Both the position numbers and the translations under genes were made by a program. Shown piece after piece: positions 21,488 to 31,873 of a DNA stretch of 64,000 nucleotides. Every line of letters begins with the position of its first letter. Position 1 is the first letter of the stretch. The notes beneath the pieces were generated by a model, which searched no databases, was not told where the DNA came from, and saw only the letters and a program-made list of their open reading frames with translations. The DNA comes from an uncultured delta proteobacterium (lineage in GTDB: Bacteria; Desulfobacterota; Desulfomonilia; Desulfomonilales; Desulfomonilaceae), in NCBI GenBank assembly GCA_963789265.1, contig CAWBKB010000001.1:1376001-1440000 (forward strand). Reading direction: 5' to 3'.

Positions 21488-22771
21488 ATGGAATCAGGCA
21501 AGCAGCAGGAATCGAGTAGAGAGTGTGATTGGCAGACCTCCTCTAAGCAAGTCGCAAGCCTTGATGAATGGAAGCGAGAGTTCGCTGAAGTGCAGGAGTT
21601 TGTTGCCAGCATGAACGGCGAAAGAATTGCCGCAATAGTGAAAACGGAGGACGATACCTTCGTTCCGTGCGTTAATGGAGAGACGTGGAGCAACACCTTT
21701 GAAAAGGCATGGTCCCTCAGATTTGGCCCGGACGACCGCCTGATATGCATAGGGATGAATAATGACGAATGGACGGTGATTGTTGAGGGCGAGGCCTGGG
21801 AAGAGACTTTTGATTATGTTTGGAATCTTAAATTCAGTTCGGACGGCAAAGGTATCGCCGCCAATATAAGGACTTCGGATGGGTACGGCGTGGTCCTCAA
21901 CGGTGAGCCCTGGGAAAACAAATTCATCGAAGCCAGGAGTTGCGAGATCAGCCTGGACGGGGCAAATACCGCGGCCAATGTTCAAATGGCTCCATTGTCG
22001 GAAGGGGATATTTGGGAGTTCAAGAAAGGACTGTGGAGCTTAGCGGTCAACGGCGAGGCTTGGGGTTCCAGTTTTATGAACGTATGGGGATGCTCGTTCA
22101 GCGATGACGGCTCTTCAGTGGCAGCGGAGGTGAGACTCCAGTCAGGCCGTCAGACAGTCGCTGTCAACGGAATCTCCTGGTCGGAAGATTTCAAAGCTGT
22201 TTGGCAGCCGATTTTCGCCCCGGGGAGCCGGGATGTGATTGCCCCTTGCCTGACCCCGCAGGGGTGGAAGTTAATGTCTAATGCAAAACCTCTTTGGCCA
22301 AAGTCTTTCAACCAGGTCTGGAACCAAAGATTCGGCCCGAATGGTGGGAAGTTGGCTGCCGTGGTTTGTTCGGCTCTCGGGCGCTGGACCGTAGCTGTGG
22401 ATGGAGATCCGTGGAAAAGCACCTTCAGCGATGTGGTTCTCGCTCCGGTGTTTAGTCCGGACGGCAAAAGAGTCGCGGCAGTGGTCAAGGATAACGGCAA
22501 GTGGACGATTGCAGTGGATGGGGTTCCTTGGTCCGAAAGGTTCGACATGGTCTGGGACCCTGTCTTCAGCCCCGACGGATCGAACGTCGCTGCAAAAGCT
22601 TCGAGAGGCAGCGAGTCGATGATCGTGCTCAACGGCAGAATTGCCGGTCATCAGTACCAAAATTTGTGGCAGCCCCGTTTCAGCCCGGACGGATCGAAGC
22701 TCATGATCAGGGCAATCGAGAACAACAGCTTTTACCGAAGGATTGTTCCTTTGGGCGAAATACTGCGGTAG
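21488..22771 (+). CDS. tmcD: TmcD-like Trp-rich beta-propeller protein
   Basis: Repeated (V/A)NG..W...F..VW...FSPDG units; position next to tmcC/tmcB homologs. Confidence 0.8.
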   Translation: MESGKQQESSRECDWQTSSKQVASLDEWKREFAEVQEFVASMNGERIAAIVKTEDDTFVPCVNGETWSNTFEKAWSLRFGPDDRLICIGMNNDEWTVIVEGEAWEETFDYVWNLKFSSDGKGIAANIRTSDGYGVVLNGEPWENKFIEARSCEISLDGANTAANVQMAPLSEGDIWEFKKGLWSLAVNGEAWGSSFMNVWGCSFSDDGSSVAAEVRLQSGRQTVAVNGISWSEDFKAVWQPIFAPGSRDVIAPCLTPQGWKLMSNAKPLWPKSFNQVWNQRFGPNGGKLAAVVCSALGRWTVAVDGDPWKSTFSDVVLAPVFSPDGKRVAAVVKDNGKWTIAVDGVPWSERFDMVWDPVFSPDGSNVAAKASRGSESMIVLNGRIAGHQYQNLWQPRFSPDGSKLMIRAIENNSFYRRIVPLGEILR

Positions 22772-22783
22772 TTGGAGGTCCTC

Positions 22784-23431
22784 ATGTACGGCTTTGCAAG
22801 CGGCCCGTTGGTGTGGATCGCATTCATCGTCTTCATTGGCGGAATGATATATCAGTTCGTGAGACTTCTGACCCTGGCCAAGAAAGACAAGGTGATCTAC
22901 CCGTACATGAGCTTGAAGTACAGTCTGAGATCTCTGTTTCATTGGATCGTTCCCTTTGGCTCGAAGAATATGAGGAGCAGGTATGAGGTCACGGTCATGA
23001 GCTTCGCCTTTCATATCTGCCTGGTTATGCTCCCCATATTTCTCACTGCTCATATTGTGATGTTCGCGTTCGCCTGGGGTCCGAGATGGGCGACTCTCCC
23101 GGGAAGCACAACTACCTTTATGACGATTTTGGTCATTCTCGCTGCAATATTTTTTCTCGGTCGTCGCCTGATGATGCCCGAAGTACGATTCGTCACTTTC
23201 TCTTCCGACTATATCCTGCTGGCAATCGCGGTGGCCCCCTTTATTACGGGATTCATGGCGAATATGCAGTGGTTCGATTACGAAACAATGCTTGTGATCC
23301 ATATAATCACCGGTGCGGTTATGCTGATGGCCATACCATTCACGAGATTGAGCCACATGCTCTTTTTCCCTTTCACCAGGGCATACATGGGATCAGAATT
23401 CGGCGCTGTTCGACACGTGAAAGACTGGTGA
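22784..23431 (+). CDS. tmcC: TmcC/HmcE-like membrane cytochrome b (NarI family)
   Basis: About 5 TMs with His ligands (FHI, AHI, IHI, SHM), PFTRLSH, C-terminal GSEFG. Confidence 0.82.
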   Translation: MYGFASGPLVWIAFIVFIGGMIYQFVRLLTLAKKDKVIYPYMSLKYSLRSLFHWIVPFGSKNMRSRYEVTVMSFAFHICLVMLPIFLTAHIVMFAFAWGPRWATLPGSTTTFMTILVILAAIFFLGRRLMMPEVRFVTFSSDYILLAIAVAPFITGFMANMQWFDYETMLVIHIITGAVMLMAIPFTRLSHMLFFPFTRAYMGSEFGAVRHVKDW

Positions 23432-23559
23432 GGGCGCAAAACCGGCTGAACAGAATCAGGCTGTCAGAGTTGTTCTGATGGCATGAACAAATTTTACTGC
23501 AATTGGAGCGGCTTGATTGCGATCAGGCCCTCCGCCAAAGCACCTCACGGAGGCGGCTC

Positions 23560-24891
23560 ATGAGTTTACCTGCGCTTTCCATAGCAACCGATCCCGGACT
23601 GGATCGGGCCGCGGATCTTCTCACAAGGGATCGCATAAAAGCGGAGATAGACCGTGTCATCGACAAGGAAACTGCGGCCAGGTTGCGAGCATACCTCAAC
23701 ACGTGCGTTCATTGCGGACTGTGTTCGGACGCTTGCCATTGGTTTCTCTCCAACGATCGAGATCCCAGGTTCTCACCTGTGGGCAAAGTCAAGCAGACGC
23801 TATGGGAGATGCTGAACCGAAAGGGCAATGTGGACGCTTTCTTCCTCAAGGAATGTTCTCGCATTGCACAAACGGAATGCAATGGGTGCCGAAAGTGCAG
23901 CATGTACTGTCCTTTCGGCATCGACATAGCCTATCTGCTCTTTGTAGTCAGGCGGATTTGCAATAATTGCGGCATGGTTCCCCAGTTCATGCAAGACACA
24001 GTTAACAGCCACTCCGTGACGCTGAACCAGATGTGGGTGAAACAGGACGAATGGATCGACACCCTTCAATGGCAGGAAGAGGATGCGAGATCCGAGGTAA
24101 CAACCGCACGCATACCCATCGACAAGGAAGGCGCTGACGTCTTCTACTCGATTATCGCTCCCGAACCCAAAATCCTTGCACAACTGATCGGGAACATTGC
24201 CCAGATCATGGCAGTAGCCAAGATAGACTGGACCATGCCGTCCTTTGATGGATGGGACAACAGCAACATGGCCATGTTTTCGGGCGATTACGAGATCATG
24301 GGCAGGGTGGAACGAGCACATCACGAAGCCGCTCTGAGACTCAAAGCGAGAAGGATAGTCATGGGCGAGTGCGGCCATGCTTTCCGCGGTGCCGTGTACG
24401 ACGGCCCGAAATGGCTGGGATGGAAAGATCCGCCTCTGCCGGTAATTCACGCGGTGGACTTCTACCATGAGCTCATCACTACTGGAAAGATCAAGATAGC
24501 GAAGAAGTTCCAAGATTCGGTGACCGTTCAGGAACCCTGCAATATTGTCAGGGGCAGGGGGCTCGGCCGCAAACTCAGGGAGATCATTGCAGCCACCTGC
24601 GCGGACTTCAGACCCCCGGACCCGGAACTCGAGCACAACTATTGTTGCGGAGCAGGAGGGGGCGTAATCAACTGCGGTCCATCCTGGAAAGGTTCCCGTG
24701 TGAAGGGAAATCGAGTAAAGGCCGAACAGTTGGCCGCGACAGGGGCGCATATAGTCATCACCCCCTGCCACAACTGTCACAGCGGGATCGAGGACATCAT
24801 TGGCGCATACAAGCTTGGCCAGCACGTGAAGTTCTTTAGTGAGATCCTGATGGACGTTATGGAAATTCCCGATGAGCTGAAAGCCGAATAG
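23560..24891 (+). CDS. tmcB: TmcB/HmcF-like Fe-S protein with CCG domain (DsrK/HdrD family)
   Basis: CVHCGLCSDAC, CNGCRKCSMYCP, ECGH, CCGAGGG, PCHNC. Confidence 0.85.
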   Translation: MSLPALSIATDPGLDRAADLLTRDRIKAEIDRVIDKETAARLRAYLNTCVHCGLCSDACHWFLSNDRDPRFSPVGKVKQTLWEMLNRKGNVDAFFLKECSRIAQTECNGCRKCSMYCPFGIDIAYLLFVVRRICNNCGMVPQFMQDTVNSHSVTLNQMWVKQDEWIDTLQWQEEDARSEVTTARIPIDKEGADVFYSIIAPEPKILAQLIGNIAQIMAVAKIDWTMPSFDGWDNSNMAMFSGDYEIMGRVERAHHEAALRLKARRIVMGECGHAFRGAVYDGPKWLGWKDPPLPVIHAVDFYHELITTGKIKIAKKFQDSVTVQEPCNIVRGRGLGRKLREIIAATCADFRPPDPELEHNYCCGAGGGVINCGPSWKGSRVKGNRVKAEQLAATGAHIVITPCHNCHSGIEDIIGAYKLGQHVKFFSEILMDVMEIPDELKAE

Positions 24892-24933
24892 GCACTTTGA
24901 ATCTGAAGCGTCTCTGCCGAATAGGGGTGGATC

Positions 24934-26686
24934 ATGGGAACGGTGACTAAGTTACTCGCAATAATTTGTGCATCCGCGCTTTCTCTTGCTTTCTTTGGGG
25001 AAATGGGGCCCGTCTACTGTGAAAAGTCGGGAACCCAAGCTCCTTTCAGGGTTGCCCCATTTCCCATTCTTATAGAGCACAAAGGTGGAGCTGCGACGCT
25101 GGAACGGCCGCCCGTAGCGTTCGACCATGACCGGCATACCAAGGCGTTGAAAGTGAGCAAGATACAGGATTGCGGCCTATGTCACGCGCTCAAGGAAACT
25201 GACAAACACTTGCTCAATCCTGAAGTGGGAGTATTCAAGTTTCCAAAAGGTTCGTTAGATAAGACGGACAAGACGTCGATTATGTACGCATATCACAACG
25301 AATGCGTGAGCTGCCATAGGAAGAGAGCATCTGAAGGCAAAACCGCGGGCCCTGACATCGGTCAGTGCGGCAAGTGTCACGTGAGAAAGCCTGAAGTAAA
25401 AGCGGTTACTTGGGGGTGGAATCCCATATTTAACTATGGTCGCCACGCCGAGCACGTACAGGCAGCCGAAAAGTTCCGCCCCGCCGACAAATTGAACGTA
25501 GCCCAAAAGGTGGAGATCGTCGGGAAGACCACCGATAAGAACTGTGAAACCTGCCACCACATCTACGACGCGAAGCAAAAGGCGCTAATATTCAAGAAGG
25601 ATAGCGAAAACTCTTGCCGGGCTTGTCACAAAACCACAGACGAAAATAATGCCCGCTCAATGGAGAAGGTGGCTCACGCCGCTTGCATCGGCTGCCACAT
25701 GAAGCTGGAACAGAAGGTGAAAAGGGAAGCTACCGAGCAAGGAAGGACTCAACTGACGAAACAAGATAAGAAGCTATTCGGACCGTTTGAATGTCAGGGA
25801 TGCCACGGCGAACACAAGACCCTGAAGCCCGATGAAATAGAAAAAATTCCGCGGCTCGTCCGAGGGCAGAAGGACATGATAGATATTTCGCTCCTTAAAG
25901 ATCCCAACAAGGATCCGAAATTGATCAGGATGAAGCTTGTCCCATTCGACCACAAAGTGCATGAGGCGACGGGACAGTTTTGTAGCAGTTGCCATCATCA
26001 CTCACTGGAAAAATGCGAGAATTGTCATACCGTAGGCGGAGATCTTAAAAAAGGAGGAGGAGTCTCTTTCGAACGAGCCTTCCATGAGATTTCAGCCCAA
26101 CAATCCTGCTTGGGATGCCACCACGTCGCTACAGAGGATGCAAAGTGCGCAAGTTGCCATCGACGACAGATGGTTTCACAAATGTCCTCCCGTGGGTCCT
26201 GCACGGTCTGTCACCGCGGACCTTCTGAAGGCAAGCCGATAGAAGTGGCTCCCCTTCCAGTCGAATTTGATAAGGAAAAAGTCCCGGAAAAGGTTGTCAT
26301 AAAAGGTCTGGAAAACGAGTTTAAGCCCGCTGAGATGCCGCATCAAAAGATCATAAAGAAATTGACGCTCATTTCAAACCAGAGTTCGCTCGCGCGGTTT
26401 TTTCATGCCGCGCAGGACCAGAACCCTTTGCTACGGTTGTCATCACGAGGGCCAACAGGCTGCGGCAAACAAGTTTCCTGAATGCGGCACGTGCCACACG
26501 CGACCGTTTGACCCCAAAGACCCGGGAAGACCGGGAACAATGGCCGCGTTCCATCAGCAGTGTACTGGATGCCATAGAGTTTTGGATCAAAAGCCCACAG
26601 CTCTTGACTGCGACAAGTGTCATCCTGAAAAAAAGGCTGCAAAAACCGTTGGGGTAAAAATTCCTCTTCACGGAATTCCGGAGTGA
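24934..26686 (+). CDS. hmcA: HmcA-like 16-heme cytochrome c (frameshift near 26420)
   Basis: 12 CxxCH in ORF 24934-26481 plus 4 in 26405-26686; c3-type FDH..H motifs; signal peptide. Confidence 0.85.
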
Positions 26687-26726
26687 GCCAACGGAACTGA
26701 TTTTTCGGAGAGCAAAGGAGATCAAG

Positions 26727-26849
26727 ATGCCGCATTCCATCCTCGAATTCTTGACGCTGACGAAAGGCAACGAATACTGGGCCATCCTGGTTTATCTTCT
26801 CGTGTTTATCTCCTTTTGGAGGTTCTTGACCTACAAGGAAAAGAAGTAA
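26727..26849 (+). CDS. hmcD: HmcD-like 40-aa membrane protein (absent from ORF track)
   Basis: AAGGAG RBS; MPHSILEFLTLTKGNEYWAILVYLLVFISFWRFLTYKEKK, single TM. Confidence 0.72.
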   Translation: MPHSILEFLTLTKGNEYWAILVYLLVFISFWRFLTYKEKK

Positions 26850-26934
26850 GGATGACCTTCCACAGCACGAGATGATTGAGCCCCGGCCCGTGCCAAGATA
26901 TTCGAGTCAAAGGGGTCGGCAGAGAGGTATACTC

Positions 26935-27876
26935 ATGGACGAGAAAAGAAGGGCCTTCTTGAAAAGTGTTCTCGGTGGCGGTGCAGCAACGCTCGCCTTC
27001 GGCCTCCTAGAGCAGGCAGGTGCAACGGTTCCGGCCTTGTCAGGTTATCCCGATCAATTCGGGGTACTGGTGGACACAACGCTGTGCATAGGCTGCCGAA
27101 GATGCGAGTGGGCGTGCAAGGAGGTGAACAAGTTACCTAACGAAAAGTCTCTGAAAGATTACGAAAAAGACAGATCGGTGTTCAACAGCTTACGAAGAAC
27201 CACCGCTGACACCTATATGGTAGTAAACCGTTTTGAAAACCCTCTCGATGCGTCAAAACCAATATACGTGAAAAAGCAGTGCATGCATTGTAACGAGCCC
27301 GCCTGCGCGTCGTCGTGTTTTGTTCAAGCTTTTACGAAAGAGCCCCAGGGTGCGGTATTGTACAACCCGAATGTGTGTGTGGGATGCCGCTACTGTATGG
27401 CGGCGTGTCCCTTTTACATACCGGCTTATCAGTACTACAACCCGTGGACTCCCAAGGTCACCAAGTGCACCTTCTGCTTTGACAGAACCGTTAAAGAGGG
27501 TGGTGTGCCTGCTTGTGTAGCCATGTGCCCTTTGGGAACCATGACCTTCGGCAAACGTAGCGACCTGATTGAGCTGGCCCAAAAGAAAATACGGGACGGC
27601 TCCGGCAAGTACGTCGATCACATCTACGGCCAGAATGAAGTGGGAGGCACATGCTGGATGTACCTTTCGGCCGTACCATTCGACAAGATCGGCTTCAGGA
27701 CCGATCTTGGAACCGAACCCGCACCAACACTGGCCAAAGCCTTCCTGTCTGTTGCCTCGCCGATGTACATCGTCTTCCCCGCTTTGGCCGTAGGTCTATA
27801 CAGCCTTGCAAAACGTCGAGATCAACTCGGCAAAAAAGAGATAGATGAAGCTCTCAAGAAAAAGGAGGGCAAATAA
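26935..27876 (+). CDS. hmcB: HmcB/HybA-like periplasmic 4Fe-4S protein
   Basis: Tat motif RRAFLK; CIGCRRCEWAC, CMHCNEPACASSC, CVGCRYCMAACP, KCTFC; C-terminal TM. Confidence 0.87.
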   Translation: MDEKRRAFLKSVLGGGAATLAFGLLEQAGATVPALSGYPDQFGVLVDTTLCIGCRRCEWACKEVNKLPNEKSLKDYEKDRSVFNSLRRTTADTYMVVNRFENPLDASKPIYVKKQCMHCNEPACASSCFVQAFTKEPQGAVLYNPNVCVGCRYCMAACPFYIPAYQYYNPWTPKVTKCTFCFDRTVKEGGVPACVAMCPLGTMTFGKRSDLIELAQKKIRDGSGKYVDHIYGQNEVGGTCWMYLSAVPFDKIGFRTDLGTEPAPTLAKAFLSVASPMYIVFPALAVGLYSLAKRRDQLGKKEIDEALKKKEGK

Positions 27877-29104
27877 TGGACGCTCAAGTCGATGCACTGA
27901 AACCTTCATGGATTCAGGAAAAGCTTCTTTTGGGGATGTCCTGGCAAGATTACTTAAAGAGTAATCTCACTTCGTTCAACGCAGTTATGGCCTTCATCCT
28001 TTGCATCGGTATCCCTGTGATGCTGTACCGGATCTTCTTCGGCTTGGGGCCATCGACCCACCTGTCGAACTACAACCCTGGGGCATCTGGATCGGTTTTG
28101 ACATGATGGCCGGAATTGCCGTGGCATCCGGTGGCTTCTGTATAGCCACGGCCGTTCACATCTTGGGCATGAAAGAGTACGAATCCATGGTGCGCCCAGC
28201 TCTGCTGGGAGGGACACTCGGCTATTTTTTCGCCCTTGTGGGGCTCCTGTTCGACCTTGGCCGTTACTATCGAATCTACTTTCCTTTTTTCGTGTCACCA
28301 GGCCCCAACTCCATTCTCTTCCTTGTCGTGTTGTCGGTTGCCCTGTACCTGCATTGCCAATTCTTCGAGTGGTGTCCTGCGATATTCGAGTGGCTTAACT
28401 GGAGGAAGCTTCGCAAATGGTGGGTCAAGGGGACGCTTGGCCTTACGATTTTCGGCTTAATACTGACGACCGGCCATCAAGCTGCGCTGGGATCTCTATT
28501 CCTTCTCATGCCCAGCAAGGTCCATCCGCTCTGGTATTCCGAATATATTTCCTTGCTCTTCTTTGTCTCCGCGATTTATGGTGGGATTAGCATGGTGATC
28601 ATAGAGAGCATGATATCACATCGGGTATTTGCCGATCAGATCCACGGCGAAGATCCCGCGGATTTTGACGAGTTGACTCTCGGTCTCGGTAAGGCCGCTG
28701 CTATAATTGTTTTTGCATATTTCTTTCTCAAGATGCTTGATCTCGCGCACGGAAACAAATGGAGTTACTTAATGACCCCGTACGGGTACTGGTATCTAGT
28801 AGAAGTCCTGGGATTTGTCGGTATACCGGCCCTCGTGTTGATTTACGCGGTTCAGAACCGTAGCGCCACCATGGTGAGGGGAGCGGCGATTGCCGCGGCC
28901 GTCGGTGTGCTGCTCAATCGCGTCGACCTAGCTATTGTGGCCTTCAACTGGCAACTGCCGTGGAAGTACCGGTACGTCCCGAGTTGGATGGAAGTGACAA
29001 TTACCGTGACCATTATAGCAATCGGTCTTATGACATTTCGCTTCATTGTAAATAGGATGCCTATTCTGCATGAACAGCCGGGTTTCGAGGCAGAGCACCA
29101 CTGA
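27876..29104 (+). CDS. hmcC: HmcC/NrfD-family membrane subunit (frameshift near 28080)
   Basis: PWGIWIGFD, DLGRYYR, HQ.ALG, HPLWYS, NR...Y.PSWME. Confidence 0.85.
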
Positions 29105-29127
29105 GGGCCTTACAAAAGGAGCAGACA

Positions 29128-29481
29128 ATGCCCAAGAAAATCCTGGTCGTAGATGATGAACCGCATATCGTGAAATATCTTACCTCCTTCCTTGGGGACT
29201 GTGGTTACGAGACCTGTTCCGCGGGCAACGGTGAAGAGGCATTTGAGGTGCTCAAGAAAGAAAGGCCCGATCTTGTTACGCTGGACCTTCAGATGCCCAA
29301 TGAAACGGGGACTCGTTTTTACAGGAATATGACCAAGACAAAAGAATTTAAGAACGTGCCGGTGATCGTAATCAGCGGAATCCCGGGCCGCCACCTGGCG
29401 GTTTCAAAACCTATCGCAGTATTTGAAAAACCGATCGACAGAGATGCTTTGTTGGTTGCTATCCAAGGAGCTATCGGGTAA
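29128..29481 (+). CDS. Single-domain response regulator
   Basis: VDDE, LDLQMP, SG, EKP; paralog of 18564. Confidence 0.92.
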   Translation: MPKKILVVDDEPHIVKYLTSFLGDCGYETCSAGNGEEAFEVLKKERPDLVTLDLQMPNETGTRFYRNMTKTKEFKNVPVIVISGIPGRHLAVSKPIAVFEKPIDRDALLVAIQGAIG

Positions 29482-29606
29482 GTTGCAGACGCGATGCCTC
29501 TTCCCGGAAATGATGCCGCGTATGCCTCGACTCCCGCTGTGTTTTCAAGGGCGAAGAGTTGCAGGTGTAGCGAACTGCTCCATCTTAATGTGGACGGCAC
29601 GTAACC

Positions 29607-30668
29607 ATGCTGACTTTGACGAACGAGCAACGCGAAAAGTTGCTGGACGATCTGCCCTGCTATGCACTGTTACTTGATTCAAACCGCAACGTCTTGTGGG
29701 CAAGTCGTCGAACCGTCCGAGACTTTCGAGCGGCAAAAGCAAGAAAGTGCTGGAAGGTCTACGGAATTGATAAATCTCGATGCTCGGATTGCCCTGCTCT
29801 GAAAACCCTCCAGGATGGTCAGATTCACGGCAAGGAGATGACAGCCATCACTCGCGACGGCTCCAGAATCACAGTGCTGGAACAGTCTTCTCCTGTACTC
29901 GATGGCAATGGAAAAATAGAGTCAGTTCTGGCGACCAGTGTGGACATTACCCCGATCAAGGAGATTCAAAAGCAACTGATCCTCTTGGGCGAAACTGTCG
30001 CTGGTATGGCTCACAGCATCAAGAACATCATGATGGGTCTTGAGGGAGGAATATACGTAGTCAACAAGGGCATTGAGGCCAAGAACCAAAATGAAATACA
30101 AGAAGGATGGGAGATGGTGCTGCTCAACTTCGACAAGATCTCCCAGATAGTCAAAGACATCCTCTACTGTTCGAAAGATCGCGTCCCGAACTTCCAGATT
30201 ATCAAGCCCAACGACATTGCCCGCGAAGTTCATGACCTGTTTCAAGAAACCGCCAGTAGATACCATATCGAGCTGAAATTGGACCTTGACGATGCGCTGG
30301 TGGAAGCCGTGATCGACCCCTCGGGGATGCACACCGTGCTGTCCAACCTTGTTTCCAATGCATTGGATGCCTGCAAACTGGACATCTGGAAAGATTCCCA
30401 TTTGGTGGAAATAAGAAGCCGTAAAGGCTCGGATGGATCTACAGTGATCGAAGTCGCGGACAACGGGGTGGGCATTGACAAAGACCTGAAGAACCATGTC
30501 TTCGAGGATTTTTTTTCTTCCAAGGGCGATCAGGGCACAGGGTTGGGGCTGATGGTGACCCAGAAAATTATGCGCGAACACCGGGGCAACATCACCTTCC
30601 GGTCCAGACCCGGCCAGGGAACCACCTTCGTGGCAACCTTTCCCAAGCGAGAGCCCGCAGCACAATAA
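29607..30668 (+). CDS. Cytoplasmic PAS histidine kinase
   Basis: AHSIKN, NALDA, DNGVG, GTGLGL; no TM. Confidence 0.92.
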   Translation: MLTLTNEQREKLLDDLPCYALLLDSNRNVLWASRRTVRDFRAAKARKCWKVYGIDKSRCSDCPALKTLQDGQIHGKEMTAITRDGSRITVLEQSSPVLDGNGKIESVLATSVDITPIKEIQKQLILLGETVAGMAHSIKNIMMGLEGGIYVVNKGIEAKNQNEIQEGWEMVLLNFDKISQIVKDILYCSKDRVPNFQIIKPNDIAREVHDLFQETASRYHIELKLDLDDALVEAVIDPSGMHTVLSNLVSNALDACKLDIWKDSHLVEIRSRKGSDGSTVIEVADNGVGIDKDLKNHVFEDFFSSKGDQGTGLGLMVTQKIMREHRGNITFRSRPGQGTTFVATFPKREPAAQ

Positions 30669-30967
30669 CCGAGTCAGACAGCTAGAGAGCTAAAAACGAA
30701 GCAGGAAGAGGTCAGTAGGACCGGCATCTTGCCGGTCGCTAACAGAGCGTTTTTACTGGAAATAGGCTAAAATGGCCGCTCTCCGGATGTCGTGGTTACT
30801 TCTAAGTGTTGGGGCGTCCATGCCGACCATAACTTTGATTAGTTGACATGCGAGCCCACACCCGGCTACAGTAAAACTTGAATTGTATGTAGTCTTGGCC
30901 AAAATTAATGTGTCTTTGGTCGTAAGATGCGGAAAATTCTCACGGTGCATGGTGACGGACCTTTCAC

Positions 30968-31082
30968 CGTCATTCCCGAGCACGCGGGAATCCAGACATT
31001 CTGTGGAGCAGACTTTCCAGTCTGCTTATGAATCTCATTCCCGCCGGACCGACTGGCCCCGGATCGCAGTCCGGGGTGACCC
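30968..31082. repeat. CGTCATTCCC..GGAATCCAG palindromic repeat
   Basis: Same family as the internal palindrome of the 4162-4336 MITE. Confidence 0.6.
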
Positions 31083-31402
31083 TGCGGGACGCGGGGCAAA
31101 TTGGACAAAACTCTTGGCAACTACTGTAGGACCAAACCTGAATCGAAATGTCGGGTGCTGTCGACCATGTTGGTTTGAAGCGTCACAATTGATGCTAATT
31201 GGAATCGCAATGTTATTTTATGAAGCAAACATAACATTTTCCCGATGATTTCATCGGCAAAAGCATGAGTTCACGCGAAAATGGCGGCCGGATACATTTT
31301 GTAGCATTGTGAACGAGCAGGAGGAACCGCTCTTCCGGATTATTGAATTGCGCCGCCTATGCCGTGTCAACTGAATTATCTAACGAGGTAGGGGGATACT
31401 AA

Positions 31403-31873
31403 ATGATCTCATTCAAAGTAAACGGAAAGAGGTATGAGCTGGACGTGCCTGTGGACACTCCGCTCTTGTGGGTAATTCGGGAAAACCTGGGGCTGACGGG
31501 CACGAAGTACGGCTGCGGCAAGGCCCTGTGCGGCGCATGCACGGTTCACGTGAATGGGGAGGCGGTTCGTTCCTGCGTAGCTCCTGTTTCATCCGTCATG
31601 GGCAAGGAAGTGGTCACAATAGAGGGCTTGTCGCCAAATAGCACCCATCCCGTCCAACAAGCCTGGATCGCTGAAGACGTGCCTCAGTGCGGCTTCTGCC
31701 ACTCAGGTCAGATCATGTCTGCGGTAGCGCTCCTGTCGGCAAATCCGAAACCTACCGACGAAGATATCGACCAGGCCATGGCCGGAAATATCTGCCGTTG
31801 CGGCACGTATCAGCGCATTCGCAAGGCTATCCACCGCGCGGCGGGGATGATGGACCAAGGAGGGCGAACATGA
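31403..31873 (+). CDS. iorA: 2Fe-2S subunit, isoquinoline 1-oxidoreductase alpha / CoxS family
   Basis: [29 protein letters not shown]. Confidence 0.92.
   Translation: MISFKVNGKRYELDVPVDTPLLWVIRENLGLTGTKYGCGKALCGACTVHVNGEAVRSCVAPVSSVMGKEVVTIEGLSPNSTHPVQQAWIAEDVPQCGFCHSGQIMSAVALLSANPKPTDEDIDQAMAGNICRCGTYQRIRKAIHRAAGMMDQGGRT

Noticed and set aside
22271..24825. Long antisense ORFs (361 aa and 341 aa)
   Set aside because: Shadows of the tmcD/C/B genes with no recognisable motifs
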